Virus record (IMG/VR): IMGVR_UViG_3300010354_012181
Location: 8,450-72,449 of that record
DNA: 64,000 nucleotides
Reading direction: 5' to 3' (one strand)
DNA from: a virus
A program made the translations under genes and the position numbers. Position 1 is the first letter of the stretch. Each line of letters begins with the position of its first letter. Under the pieces are notes generated by a model. That model was not told where the DNA came from. It saw only the letters and a program-made list of their open reading frames with translations, and did not search any database. Positions 25,990 to 35,952 of this stretch are shown in pieces.

Positions 25990-26783
25990 AACAAATAATA
26001 AAAAATATATTATCTTTAAAACACCTTTGGGGAGGCATAATCCCTTTACATATTTTTGGAATATATTCCATCTATGTTTTATCCGTAGGATCCGCACCCG
26101 ACTGGTGGTGGATAGCCACGCTGATTGGATGGTTTTTTATGAAATTCGTAGGAATAGGGGCTGGATTTCATAGACTTTTCAGTCACAAAGGTTTTGAAGT
26201 TAGTAAATTTATGAAAAGATTTATTTTGTTTTGGGGAACTATAGCAGTGCAAGGAAGTGCTATTTTATGGGTTGGGATACACAGAGGGGCGCACCATAGG
26301 CATAGCGACACTGATTTAGACCCACACAGCCCCAAACATGGATTTTGGCATAGTTATATTTTGTGGATGTTTACTTTAAAAGAAGGCGAAGTAAGCGTAA
26401 GGCAAGTTCCCGATTTGCTGAGAGATACGGATATGGTTTTTACGCACAAGTATTATTCAGAAATTTTATGGATAATTTATGGCATAGTTGCTTTAATAAG
26501 TTTTGATTTATTTTTATATCTTTTAATATTGCCTGCTCTTATAACTCTACATGTATTTTGCCTACAAACAAGTGTAGTTCATTACGAAAAACTTGGATAC
26601 AGAAATTATGAAACCAAAGATTCAAGCGCCAATATACCTTGGTTATTTCTATTGACACAGGGAGAATGTTGGCATAATAATCATCACGGCGATCCAAAAA
26701 ATCCTAATTATGGAGGAAGGCGTTGGTGGGAATTAGATCCAACTTACTTTGTTATACGATTAATAAGAACAGATGTTAATTGA
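25986..26783 (+). CDS. Acyl-CoA delta-9-type desaturase
   Basis: GFHRLFSH, HRGAHHRHSD..DPHSP, GECWHNNHH, WWELDP. Confidence 0.92.
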   Translation: MKQIIKNILSLKHLWGGIIPLHIFGIYSIYVLSVGSAPDWWWIATLIGWFFMKFVGIGAGFHRLFSHKGFEVSKFMKRFILFWGTIAVQGSAILWVGIHRGAHHRHSDTDLDPHSPKHGFWHSYILWMFTLKEGEVSVRQVPDLLRDTDMVFTHKYYSEILWIIYGIVALISFDLFLYLLILPALITLHVFCLQTSVVHYEKLGYRNYETKDSSANIPWLFLLTQGECWHNNHHGDPKNPNYGGRRWWELDPTYFVIRLIRTDVN

Positions 26784-27405
26784 ATCAAAACTCGACGATA
26801 AAAAAATAGTAATAGAATTATTTAAAAATAATAGATATGGTATTATGCTGTCTGGGGGTTTAGATAGTGCAATTTTACTATCGTTGATTCTCATAGAAAG
26901 CCAAAAATCAAAAAGTGCAATAAATTTACAACCGTTTAGTATGATTAAAAATGATCATTCATACAAATATGTTAATAATATCATAGACAGAATTAATGAT
27001 CAATTTAAGTCTACAATCGCACAAACTATATTAATAGGCGATCCATCCATTAATCATAAAGAACAAAGTTTATATGCAACTAAACAAGTTTTCCGAGAAC
27101 ATAGATATATAGATTTTCTTTTTAATGCTGTAAATCAAAATCCACCTGCTCCTTGGGGTGAACCCCATTATCTATTTCCAGATAGAGTAAAAGAATCTCC
27201 TCACCCTAAAATCATTATGCCATTTGTGCATTTAACAAAAAAACACATAGTCGATATAATGTTTCAATATAATTTAGAATTTTTATGCGACATTACACAC
27301 TCCTGCACTGAGTATAAAATTGGCAGATGTAATCTTTGTTTTCAATGCAATGAAAGAAAATGGGCTTTTGAAGAGTTAGAAAAAGTAGATTCAGGTACTT
27401 TATGA
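26773..27405 (+). CDS. QueC-like PP-loop ATPase
   Basis: MLSGGLDSA; C-terminal THSC...CNLCFQCNER zinc site. Confidence 0.75.
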   Translation: MLIESKLDDKKIVIELFKNNRYGIMLSGGLDSAILLSLILIESQKSKSAINLQPFSMIKNDHSYKYVNNIIDRINDQFKSTIAQTILIGDPSINHKEQSLYATKQVFREHRYIDFLFNAVNQNPPAPWGEPHYLFPDRVKESPHPKIIMPFVHLTKKHIVDIMFQYNLEFLCDITHSCTEYKIGRCNLCFQCNERKWAFEELEKVDSGTL

Positions 27406-27418
27406 GACTATATACGAT

Positions 27419-28114
27419 ATGAAAATACCATTGGGAATTAGCGGACAGCCGGCACATTATGATTCGGAAAATGTCAGTGCAGAGGACGTCAAAAACGAAT
27501 TAGCTTTATTAAGTATTGGAGATTTCGAACCCCTTAATATAAGAATTGATTGTAACAATTTACTAGAACAACTATCGGAATATGATAATGATTGGCAGGA
27601 ATATTTGCCAAGAACCGACAGACCTAACAACAGATATGGTTTGACACTAACAACTATACCAGGAAAAACACACAAAGATGCTCCTAGTTTGGCAGAAGCA
27701 AGTTATGCTGCAGGTCGCAGATTAAGTGAATTAGAATTTAATAATAAAACTGATGTTTATGAATCCTGTTCGGCGTTGCAGCCTTTATTCGAGAAATTTC
27801 CGCAGATTGGAAGAACCTTTTTCGTTAAGTCTAATATAGGAGGCTATTTTGTTCCTCATAGAGATCATCCTGCTATTCCGAGAGATGTTTTTAGACTTAT
27901 TGTATTTGTAAAAAATTGTGGACCATTGGATTATGATTGGTTAATGGACGATAGAAAATTACAGATCGAACATGGTAGAGTATATTATGTTAACACTAGA
28001 AAAACTCATAGAACAATAAGTTGGGTCAACGATAGTATACATCTAATATTGAACGTGGCTTGTAATGGTGATAATATTAGTAAAGTTATTGCTAATTTAC
28101 AACATACTCACTAA
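27419..28114 (+). CDS. Aspartyl/asparaginyl beta-hydroxylase-like 2OG oxygenase
   Basis: PHRD...NTRKTH...IHLILN. Confidence 0.7.
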   Translation: MKIPLGISGQPAHYDSENVSAEDVKNELALLSIGDFEPLNIRIDCNNLLEQLSEYDNDWQEYLPRTDRPNNRYGLTLTTIPGKTHKDAPSLAEASYAAGRRLSELEFNNKTDVYESCSALQPLFEKFPQIGRTFFVKSNIGGYFVPHRDHPAIPRDVFRLIVFVKNCGPLDYDWLMDDRKLQIEHGRVYYVNTRKTHRTISWVNDSIHLILNVACNGDNISKVIANLQHTH

Positions 28115-28661
28115 AAATTTCTATAGCATCTTTAAATAAAATACGGCGATTGTTCTTTGTAATTATTAACGACAAACACCACCTACCAGTTGAATCAAAG
28201 TTTACAATTTTATGAGGACGACCTGCATTAATAATTACAGGTTGGTTAATTTTGACTGCTGTTACATTAAGTACTTCATTGTCATCTAAACTTATATATT
28301 GTGTATTGACTGCGGTTTTTGAAGTTACAAAAATCTTGTTTGTATCCTTTGTTTCCCCATAACACATGATATGATTTTCTGATCCCCAAACATAATTTAT
28401 CTTTACAAAATCTTCAGGGGGATTCATATCAATATGCCAAGGTAGTCTTCCAAAAGGCGGAGTGTAGAATAATTCAGAGTTTATTAAAGTACAATCTAGC
28501 GATGAAAAAAATGAAAATATCTTATCATTAAAAATGTAATTAAGTTGATTCCAATGATTATTTTTATTTTGATCTATACTTTTAGATAGATCAAATGATA
28601 TCTGATCTTTATCAAAAAAAATTTCAGGTAGAGTTAAAAATCTATAATAAGGTGATAGCAT
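28092..28661 (-). CDS. Cupin/2OG oxygenase-like protein
   Basis: WHID...NAGRPH...RWCLSL. Confidence 0.62.
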   Translation of the reverse strand: MLSPYYRFLTLPEIFFDKDQISFDLSKSIDQNKNNHWNQLNYIFNDKIFSFFSSLDCTLINSELFYTPPFGRLPWHIDMNPPEDFVKINYVWGSENHIMCYGETKDTNKIFVTSKTAVNTQYISLDDNEVLNVTAVKINQPVIINAGRPHKIVNFDSTGRWCLSLIITKNNRRILFKDAIEIFSEYVVN

Positions 28662-29187
28662 AGTCTTTGTATTTTTCGTAACTACGTTTTATCAATTCTT
28701 TATGCTTTTGTGGATTTACAAACCCCCTAACATATATAGTTTCTCTGTTTTTATCTTCTTTTACACGGTGATATCCTACCGTTGAATTTAAAAGATAGCA
28801 ACATGGAATGTTAGGTACCGCGGCATCTATCCATTCGTTCCCGTTAAACACTTCTAAACTATCATTATTACCTTTCAGTATAAATCTGTAACCGCAAGGT
28901 TCGTTTTCTTTGATGTGATCTAGTTCGCCTTGTTCAAAGGTCATCGAAGGATAGACATCAACATGACTTTCTACTTTTCTTTGTTGTATTTTATGTGTTA
29001 AAGTAGTAATCTTTTCAAAAGGTAATTGTTTTAATATTTCTTCAAATCTAGTATTTGTCAGACTCTGTTGATCTATAGGTGTCGAAGACCAATACGGATT
29101 GTATTCTTTTAATTCTATGGATCTATCTTCTTGATGGAATTCTAGTAAAGATAAATCTATATCAATGGGAAGAAATAAAAAATTCAT
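28642..29187 (-). CDS. Cupin/2OG oxygenase-like protein
   Basis: SHVD...GYH...RETIY; start at MNFLF (29187). Confidence 0.58.
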   Translation of the reverse strand: MNFLFLPIDIDLSLLEFHQEDRSIELKEYNPYWSSTPIDQQSLTNTRFEEILKQLPFEKITTLTHKIQQRKVESHVDVYPSMTFEQGELDHIKENEPCGYRFILKGNNDSLEVFNGNEWIDAAVPNIPCCYLLNSTVGYHRVKEDKNRETIYVRGFVNPQKHKELIKRSYEKYKDYAITLL

Positions 29188-29188
29188 T

Positions 29189-29929
29189 TTATATAATTTT
29201 ATTTGTTTCCGAAATAAAACAATTTGTTCGATACTTCTCAATGCTACGATCGATCAATATTTGATATTTGTCTATATCAAGTTCGTATCGATCTAGGATG
29301 ATTATTATTTTTCTAAACCCCGGAATGAATTCACTGCCGTGTTTCGTTCGAAGATTATTCCATACATAAGAATTAGTGTCTTGTAATCTCGGTATAGGAA
29401 ATTTTTTAGAAAGATTGTCTGGTGTATCAGGTAAAGACTGTATAAGACTTAATGTTTGTTTAGGATTTTCGTCATACAACATTATTCTAAATGCTCCAGG
29501 AAAATCAACAAATTTAGTATGATCCCTATGAAAGGGTATAGAAGTTGTGCTGCTCCACATTCTAATCCTTGAGATTTCATGAAAAGGTAAATGGCTAATC
29601 AAACTATCATAAACATATTGAAAATCTGTCATGAATTCTTGTTTCACATTTAATGTCCATATATCTTGTTGAGCCATTTCATTTGTAGGCATGACGTCAA
29701 CAGCATTGAAAGATGTCATCCCATACAGATTATTTGCCACATCTGGTTGTATTTTATAAGTTGGTTTGGAATTTTTAAAAAACCAATCCACCAAATCCGG
29801 AAATTCAAATTTTGGTATATCTAAAGGAATTAAACAATAGTTGCCATACTTTTCTAATTCTGTTAATCTAGGATAGGCTGACAAATTTTCTAATCGTCTA
29901 CTGGTAAAAAATTCTTTTTCTTTTAACAT
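29189..29929 (-). CDS. Cupin/2OG oxygenase-like protein
   Basis: PFHRD...NNLRTKHGS; C-terminus resembles the adjacent gene. Confidence 0.6.
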   Translation of the reverse strand: MLKEKEFFTSRRLENLSAYPRLTELEKYGNYCLIPLDIPKFEFPDLVDWFFKNSKPTYKIQPDVANNLYGMTSFNAVDVMPTNEMAQQDIWTLNVKQEFMTDFQYVYDSLISHLPFHEISRIRMWSSTTSIPFHRDHTKFVDFPGAFRIMLYDENPKQTLSLIQSLPDTPDNLSKKFPIPRLQDTNSYVWNNLRTKHGSEFIPGFRKIIIILDRYELDIDKYQILIDRSIEKYRTNCFISETNKII

Positions 29930-30651
29930 TTTTTTGTGAATATGCTTATACCTAATTTAGAATTAATTCCTAATTTTCTAAAATCGCTCGCACAATGGAG
30001 TCTTACGCTATCAAATATAATAGCGTTTCCTGGTATCCAACTTACTATAGAATTCAAGCTTAATCCGGTTAACCAAGAAGGTTTCATATGACTAAAATAA
30101 TCTTTTACGAGTTGATCGTCAATTTTATCTAGTGATAAATTTTCAACTTCTGTATAATCATATAATTGTTTGTTATAATATGTCGGAATATTTTTATCTC
30201 CATAAAAAAATTTAGAGGGCCCATGGAAATAGCATTGATCAAAAAAACATAGTTTCGGAAACTTTTTTATTTCTTGAGGATAAATCTTTAGAGGTAGAGT
30301 TATACCCTTATAAACATTAGACGGTAATTCATGTGTATCATCATTATGGATTATATGGGGATAATTCGTTTTAAAAAAGAAAGCGGCTGTTATTTCAAAA
30401 TTTCCTATGTGGTCTTTTAATTTTTTTAGAATCTTTGATATTATAATATCTTCAGAATAATATTTGAGATCAAGTGTGATGGGTCCGGTATTTTTGTAGA
30501 TCTTTCCTTGGTAAAAATTATTTGTATTATCTGCTTGATCAAAGATTTTTTCTAAATAATCTATCTCTTCTGTATTTAGAAAATTATCAACTGAAAAGGG
30601 AGAAGAAAATGTTTCTTTTATGGATTGAATTTGTTCTAATGTTCTTTTCAT
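29923..30651 (-). CDS. 2OG-Fe(II) oxygenase-like protein
   Basis: IHND...WIPGNAIIFDSVRLHCA...KLGISIF. Confidence 0.68.
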   Translation of the reverse strand: MKRTLEQIQSIKETFSSPFSVDNFLNTEEIDYLEKIFDQADNTNNFYQGKIYKNTGPITLDLKYYSEDIIISKILKKLKDHIGNFEITAAFFFKTNYPHIIHNDDTHELPSNVYKGITLPLKIYPQEIKKFPKLCFFDQCYFHGPSKFFYGDKNIPTYYNKQLYDYTEVENLSLDKIDDQLVKDYFSHMKPSWLTGLSLNSIVSWIPGNAIIFDSVRLHCASDFRKLGINSKLGISIFTKKC

Positions 30652-30652
30652 A

Positions 30653-31147
30653 TTAATCTACTGACATAACTAGATGAATCCTGGTAAGATTAATATGGCC
30701 GTTTATAAATGTATGAGACTTAGTAGTATCTGTAATATAAGATTTTCCGGTTTGTAACTGGTGACATTCATTTTCATAGGGCCATATCATCCAACATTGT
30801 TCATTGGTTATTATCGGAATATGCACACGTTTGAAAATATCTCTATGGATAGAATATGATTTTCTAGGTTCCATAATCATGATTCTTGCCCTAAATCCGT
30901 TATGTTCAAGAATAACTTTTTCTATTTCTGAATTTTTTAGAGAATCGGGAATATACCGATAAGATTTTTCTAATTTATTTTCGAGATTGGCCAAAGAACC
31001 TATGCTTTCTTGCCAGTTTTCATTACGTTCTGTACTCATTTGGCAACTAATCTGGCTAGTCCCTGGCTGTAATTTATTCAATAATTTGTTAACTTCCGCA
31101 CATAATTCGCCGAAATTTGGTATTTGTTTTAATGGTTCTACTAACAT
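30653..31147 (-). CDS. Aspartyl/asparaginyl beta-hydroxylase-like oxygenase
   Basis: RARIM..YSIHRD..RVHIPI..DTTKSHTFING..RIHLV. Confidence 0.78.
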   Translation of the reverse strand: MLVEPLKQIPNFGELCAEVNKLLNKLQPGTSQISCQMSTERNENWQESIGSLANLENKLEKSYRYIPDSLKNSEIEKVILEHNGFRARIMIMEPRKSYSIHRDIFKRVHIPIITNEQCWMIWPYENECHQLQTGKSYITDTTKSHTFINGHINLTRIHLVMSVD

Positions 31148-31223
31148 AAATAAATTATATATCTTGTGATATTTATCGGTATTATATGCTCACAGATTAT
31201 GATAGAAAATTGGAGATTGATTC

Positions 31224-31550
31224 ATGCCCTGGATAGTACAAAGTGTATATAAAAGGCCAAATAAAGATGTAATTTGGCACACCCAGGCTTTTGATAAAAA
31301 TTCAGTAAGCCTAAGTTTCGCATCTTGGTCAATGAAGGTGTGTTTATTTGGCCGTAGAAGGACTGAAAACGAAATCGACGAACTTACATTACAAATACAG
31401 ACTGTTTGGCAAACGAAAGAAGAATACGATGAATTTATGTCTATTCCTTCAGTAAAAGAGCATTTTAATAACGTGGCTTTATATAACGCTAATATGGGCA
31501 TTAAGACTGAACCAAAGTTAGAGTTTTATAATGATCCAATAAATCCTTAA
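31224..31550 (+). CDS. Hypothetical protein
   Basis: GGAG RBS; followed by a terminator. Confidence 0.65.
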   Translation: MPWIVQSVYKRPNKDVIWHTQAFDKNSVSLSFASWSMKVCLFGRRRTENEIDELTLQIQTVWQTKEEYDEFMSIPSVKEHFNNVALYNANMGIKTEPKLEFYNDPINP

Positions 31551-31579
31551 AAAAAGGACTCATAAAGAGTCCTTTTTTT
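31549..31579. terminator. Bidirectional intrinsic terminator
   Basis: AAAAAAAGGACTC-ATAAA-GAGTCCTTTTTTT between convergent genes. Confidence 0.85.
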
Positions 31580-31595
31580 GACAAGTTATAGATTA

Positions 31596-32153
31596 TTAAT
31601 GAAATCTTCTAGTGAAACTTAAACCATATATTCTTTGCTCAATAGTTCCATCAACTATGTAATAAGCAAGACCTATTTGATTTTTCTTATCTAAATTATA
31701 ATTTAAGCCTGCTCTCCATGTTCTGGTTTGATCGTTTTTACCTTCCTGAAAAGAAGATCTAAATCTCCAACCAAGGGTAGAAACAAATCCACTGTTTCCT
31801 AAAGGCAAAGCAAAACTAGGATTAATTGAATAATAGGCATAGTTTCCAGTCGTGGCATTACCTGAATATCTTTCTCCTATGGCTGCACGAACAGAAAAAC
31901 CAGAATCAAATGTACGCATAACTCCTGCCTCTAATCTATTAGAAACTGCCTGCGTACTATCTACTTTGAGTCCAGTGACTGCTATATCGCCAAACCAATT
32001 TTTTGTAATGCTATCGCGCACAGTAACCACTACTGCTTTCATGTCTGATACTCCATTTTTGCTGTCTAGGTCTTGAAGTTCAACATTAATAGACTGTGCC
32101 TGTGCAGCTGCAGAAAAAATAGCAATCACAATCGCTGCGGTAAATTTAAACAT
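31596..32153 (-). CDS. Outer-membrane beta-barrel (porin-like) protein
   Basis: Signal peptide ending AQA; alternating beta-strand pattern; C-terminal aromatic; AGGAG RBS. Confidence 0.65.
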   Translation of the reverse strand: MFKFTAAIVIAIFSAAAQAQSINVELQDLDSKNGVSDMKAVVVTVRDSITKNWFGDIAVTGLKVDSTQAVSNRLEAGVMRTFDSGFSVRAAIGERYSGNATTGNYAYYSINPSFALPLGNSGFVSTLGWRFRSSFQEGKNDQTRTWRAGLNYNLDKKNQIGLAYYIVDGTIEQRIYGLSFTRRFH

Positions 32154-32196
32154 AACTTCTCCTTGTGTTTGTGTCTATTATATATCGATAAATTAC

Positions 32197-33054
32197 TTAC
32201 TTACGATTAATTATGAAATCCTCATCGTTTATGATTTCTTTATTATATTCATAATTTTGAGGAATCCAATCTTGATTTAAAATATCTGAATCTGCAGAAT
32301 ATTCTATCATAAAATTAGATGGAGTATTGAAGTACCAATATGTGGCTGATGAAATATTATGCCTCCCAGGACCTTTAGCAGTTCTCCAGCCAGACCTCTG
32401 CATGTGTTGTCCGCCTGCAAATAGTTCATATATATCTCCCACGGAAAATGCTATATGATGTAGACCTTTATCTTCCGACTGTATTAGAAAAAGTCTATGA
32501 TGATAATCCAATGCAGCGGCACGTAAAAATATTCCTCTGTTTAATAACCTGTCGCTGACAACAAAGCCCAGGTCAGTATAAAATTTTTCTGCTGTTTCTA
32601 TATCATCTGAGAATAAAACAACATGAGCGATCTCATATGGATATGCTCTTTCATATTTTTTCACAGGAGAATTAATTCTAACATTGTTACCTAATGAATT
32701 AGTGGCTGTTCCCCGATTTTCCGAGATTGTTTTAGAAAACTGCTCTAAAATAATCGTATAATCATGACAATCCTTTAGAGATATTTTATTCTCTATTGGT
32801 CTAAAATCTTTATAGTTTATTCTGTTTGAAATTAAAACTGCACAGACAAGATCTATATCATCTACGTACCAAGTAATAGAATTAAATTCATCTTTGCAAT
32901 CACTATTTAAGGTAATAGAAGATCCATCTAAAGTTTTAAAAATATAATTGTCTATAGTCTGTAATCCGAAATCCGATAAGAAGGACACAGTTTTGTCAAC
33001 ATCATTAACTGATATCGATATATCTTTTATTCCCTTGATATTATTATTCAACAT
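32197..33054 (-). CDS. VOC-family (extradiol ring-cleavage dioxygenase-like) protein
   Basis: IAHVVL, YHH, GLHHIAF, GPGRH, YWYFNTP, IEYSAD. Confidence 0.85.
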   Translation of the reverse strand: MLNNNIKGIKDISISVNDVDKTVSFLSDFGLQTIDNYIFKTLDGSSITLNSDCKDEFNSITWYVDDIDLVCAVLISNRINYKDFRPIENKISLKDCHDYTIILEQFSKTISENRGTATNSLGNNVRINSPVKKYERAYPYEIAHVVLFSDDIETAEKFYTDLGFVVSDRLLNRGIFLRAAALDYHHRLFLIQSEDKGLHHIAFSVGDIYELFAGGQHMQRSGWRTAKGPGRHNISSATYWYFNTPSNFMIEYSADSDILNQDWIPQNYEYNKEIINDEDFIINRK

Positions 33055-34021
33055 TTACAATGATTTTAAATTTTTTAATATTATTATCAAACTTATTATA
33101 CAAATTTCTAAATGCTGTTTCCATGTCTTTAGGAGAACCTCCAGCAGTTGAATAGGCAAGTCCGCTAAATTTTGTCCTAACTTCTTGATCTTTTAATATT
33201 TCATTTATATGATAATTCAATGAATTAACAATATTGCTATTCATACCAGCAGGACCCATTAGAGCGAACCATCCTGAAAAATCTGCAGGAGTTAATCCTG
33301 TCTCGGAAAGTGTGGGAATTTCCGGTGCAAATTGACTTCTTTTGTCTGAAGCAACAGCTATTACATTGACCTTTTTACTTTCTATCGCAGAGATAACCGG
33401 AAATAATCCAGTTATCATCATTGAAACTTCATTAGATAATAGAGCAGTAACCGCAGGAAAATTTCCTCTATAGGGTACCTGAACAATATCTAAACCTAAT
33501 TCTTTCTTATAGTATTCTCCAACCATGTTCATCGGACTGCCACTACCGGGCGTAGCGTATGATCTTATTCTTCCTTGTTTTATCGCATCAATTAACTCTT
33601 TATTTGTTCTAACATTTGTTGAACTGTTTACTACTATAAAAAGATTTGTTTCTCTGATGACTTTTACTATTGGCGTGAAATCTTTGAAAATATCATATGA
33701 AATTCTATCACCTAGAACAAATTTAGAAGTTATAATCGTGCTAGGTGTTAACAACAGAGTGTATCCGTCAGGTTTAGATTCTGCTACGAATCTATTACCT
33801 ATAGTTCCGCTGGCTCCTGATTTATTAAGGACTAACACATTTTGATTTATTCTTTTAGATAATTTTTCTGCTAATACTCTTGCGATCACATCTGTATCTC
33901 CTCCCGTAGGAAACGAAACTACAATAGTTATGGGTCTATCAAATGTAACATTAGCAAATACAGCAGGAGATATTAACAATAATAAAACAAATGCTGCTAA
34001 TCTATTTCTAAAAATTTTCAT
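33044..34021 (-). CDS. Bug/TctC substrate-binding protein
   Basis: FPTGGDTDVIAR, NKSGASGTIG, PDGYTLL, VPYRG, PEIPTLSE. Confidence 0.92.
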   Translation of the reverse strand: MKIFRNRLAAFVLLLLISPAVFANVTFDRPITIVVSFPTGGDTDVIARVLAEKLSKRINQNVLVLNKSGASGTIGNRFVAESKPDGYTLLLTPSTIITSKFVLGDRISYDIFKDFTPIVKVIRETNLFIVVNSSTNVRTNKELIDAIKQGRIRSYATPGSGSPMNMVGEYYKKELGLDIVQVPYRGNFPAVTALLSNEVSMMITGLFPVISAIESKKVNVIAVASDKRSQFAPEIPTLSETGLTPADFSGWFALMGPAGMNSNIVNSLNYHINEILKDQEVRTKFSGLAYSTAGGSPKDMETAFRNLYNKFDNNIKKFKIIVNVE

Positions 34022-34022
34022 A

Positions 34023-35171
34023 TCAATTCTTTCCTAATAAATCGTTCGGTAAAATAAAATTTTTTTCATTCAAATAAAAATCATCTACTTTGCTTTGACT
34101 AATTTTTAAGTCAAAATTATCTTTAGATTTAAACCCTAAACCAATTTGGCGACACTGGGTTTGAACATATCTTGCTATATCATAACGGTAGTCAACATAC
34201 ATTTTCAGCACATTGTCGAGATTGCTATCTAAATTCAAAAGTTGTGTTAATGTAGCAGCGTCCTGCAAAGCCTGAGCACCCCCCTGTGCCATGAAAGGCA
34301 ACGATGCATGAGCCGAGTCACCTATAAACACTATGTTTCCTTTGTTCCATGGTTTAGGAAGATTAACTTCTTCCACACAGGTAAAATTTACATGAGTCAA
34401 AGAATCTATTTCATCTATTATTTCTTTAACCAGTCCATTACAATGAGATGAAAATTTTTCTTTCATTGCCGCAGGCTGCTGTTCTATTGGTATTTTATAC
34501 TTAGATTCTTCCGGCATCGCTGCCCAAGTATACATGTATTCATTATCTAAAGGCACAAAACCTAATCTGAAACCATCACCTATTACAATTATTTTTTCAT
34601 TTATTTCAGGACGCCTTAAATGTAAACTATGCCAGAGTCCGAAGTTAGTAAAAACTGACTGCTGATTTTTAAAAAGATGCTGTCTAATAGAAGAGTTGGT
34701 ACCGTCTGCTGCTATTATCAAATCATAGTTATCCGAAATTCCATTATTCAAACTTACTTTAGAATTTAAATATCCGTTCAAAGTTTCATTTAATATAAAA
34801 CAATTAAAATGAAATTTAACTTTATAGCGGCTTGCTGTTTTATATAATATTTTTAAAAACTCATATCGATTAATCCCGACATAAGAAGGATATTTCTTTT
34901 CTATAGAAGGAAAATAAACTTTTCCTAATAATTTAGAATCATAACTCCAAAATTCTGTATCTCCAGATAAAGTACAGCCTTTCAACAATATTTTGTCTAA
35001 GACTCCGATATAATCTAAACATTTAAGAGCATTACTGTATAATACTATACCAGCACCCCTAGTAAAAATATTAGATTTTTTTTCTACAACCGTAACATTA
35101 TGTCCTTGCTGTGATAAGGCAGCGGCAACATAACAACCTGCGATACCTGCTCCTTGAATTAAAATTTTCAT
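34023..35171 (-). CDS. FAD-dependent monooxygenase (class A aromatic hydroxylase-like)
   Basis: GAGIAG, DLIIAADG, GDSAHASLPFMAQGGAQALQDA. Confidence 0.9.
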   Translation of the reverse strand: MKILIQGAGIAGCYVAAALSQQGHNVTVVEKKSNIFTRGAGIVLYSNALKCLDYIGVLDKILLKGCTLSGDTEFWSYDSKLLGKVYFPSIEKKYPSYVGINRYEFLKILYKTASRYKVKFHFNCFILNETLNGYLNSKVSLNNGISDNYDLIIAADGTNSSIRQHLFKNQQSVFTNFGLWHSLHLRRPEINEKIIVIGDGFRLGFVPLDNEYMYTWAAMPEESKYKIPIEQQPAAMKEKFSSHCNGLVKEIIDEIDSLTHVNFTCVEEVNLPKPWNKGNIVFIGDSAHASLPFMAQGGAQALQDAATLTQLLNLDSNLDNVLKMYVDYRYDIARYVQTQCRQIGLGFKSKDNFDLKISQSKVDDFYLNEKNFILPNDLLGKN

Positions 35172-35172
35172 T

Positions 35173-35952
35173 TTAAATTTTATGTAAAGAATCGTAAGTA
35201 GATTCTATGAGAATTTTATCTGTTTCATCAGTTCTTACACCAGTAATTACGAAAATTATTCTAGGAGATCTGCTCATGTTCACAGTGCTATGCGGAACAT
35301 TAAGAGTATCGAATATATGTACGTCGCCCGCTCTCCAATTGGTGTATACATAATTTCCGTAAACCATCACTTGACCTGGTTCATAATCCTGTAATGTTAC
35401 AACCATTCTAGTGACTTTATGGGGTGCTGCTGGATATCTATGCCATAATTTGTCTATATGCATAGGAAAAGTCTGACCAGGAAATTGTGTATGAATTCTA
35501 GTTCTACAACGTTTCAACTGCCAATAGTCAGCCATTTTTTTCAAAACAGGATGATCTGCTATGAGAGGTTCTGGAACAACCTGGGTAAATTCTATGCCAC
35601 CAAATTCTTTTCTATCATAATGTTCTTGTTCTAAGAGAGGACTCTTTCCTCCAGGGAATCCGGGATGAGCTTGTTTGTCTGTTAATTCATTCCAGCCTAT
35701 TTTTTTTGATTCCTCAATCAAAAAAGGATAAAGATCCAGCAAAGATTTTTTATCTTCATCGTTCCAATCATATCTACCTAATCTAGAAAAATATTCCCCT
35801 TCTTGATCTTGTTTCCATTTATCAAAATGATAATTAGAAAATTTATCCTTGATATATTCAAAATTACTCTTATAACCAGTAGAGTCTTGGTATTGAAAAT
35901 CTAAAGGTAAAGAATGGAATTTAGCTCTGTTTTCAAAAATTTTTGGATTCAT
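35173..35952 (-). CDS. 2OG/cupin oxygenase-like protein
   Basis: FPMHID...WRAGDVHIFD..PHST..PRI. Confidence 0.68.
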   Translation of the reverse strand: MNPKIFENRAKFHSLPLDFQYQDSTGYKSNFEYIKDKFSNYHFDKWKQDQEGEYFSRLGRYDWNDEDKKSLLDLYPFLIEESKKIGWNELTDKQAHPGFPGGKSPLLEQEHYDRKEFGGIEFTQVVPEPLIADHPVLKKMADYWQLKRCRTRIHTQFPGQTFPMHIDKLWHRYPAAPHKVTRMVVTLQDYEPGQVMVYGNYVYTNWRAGDVHIFDTLNVPHSTVNMSRSPRIIFVITGVRTDETDKILIESTYDSLHKI

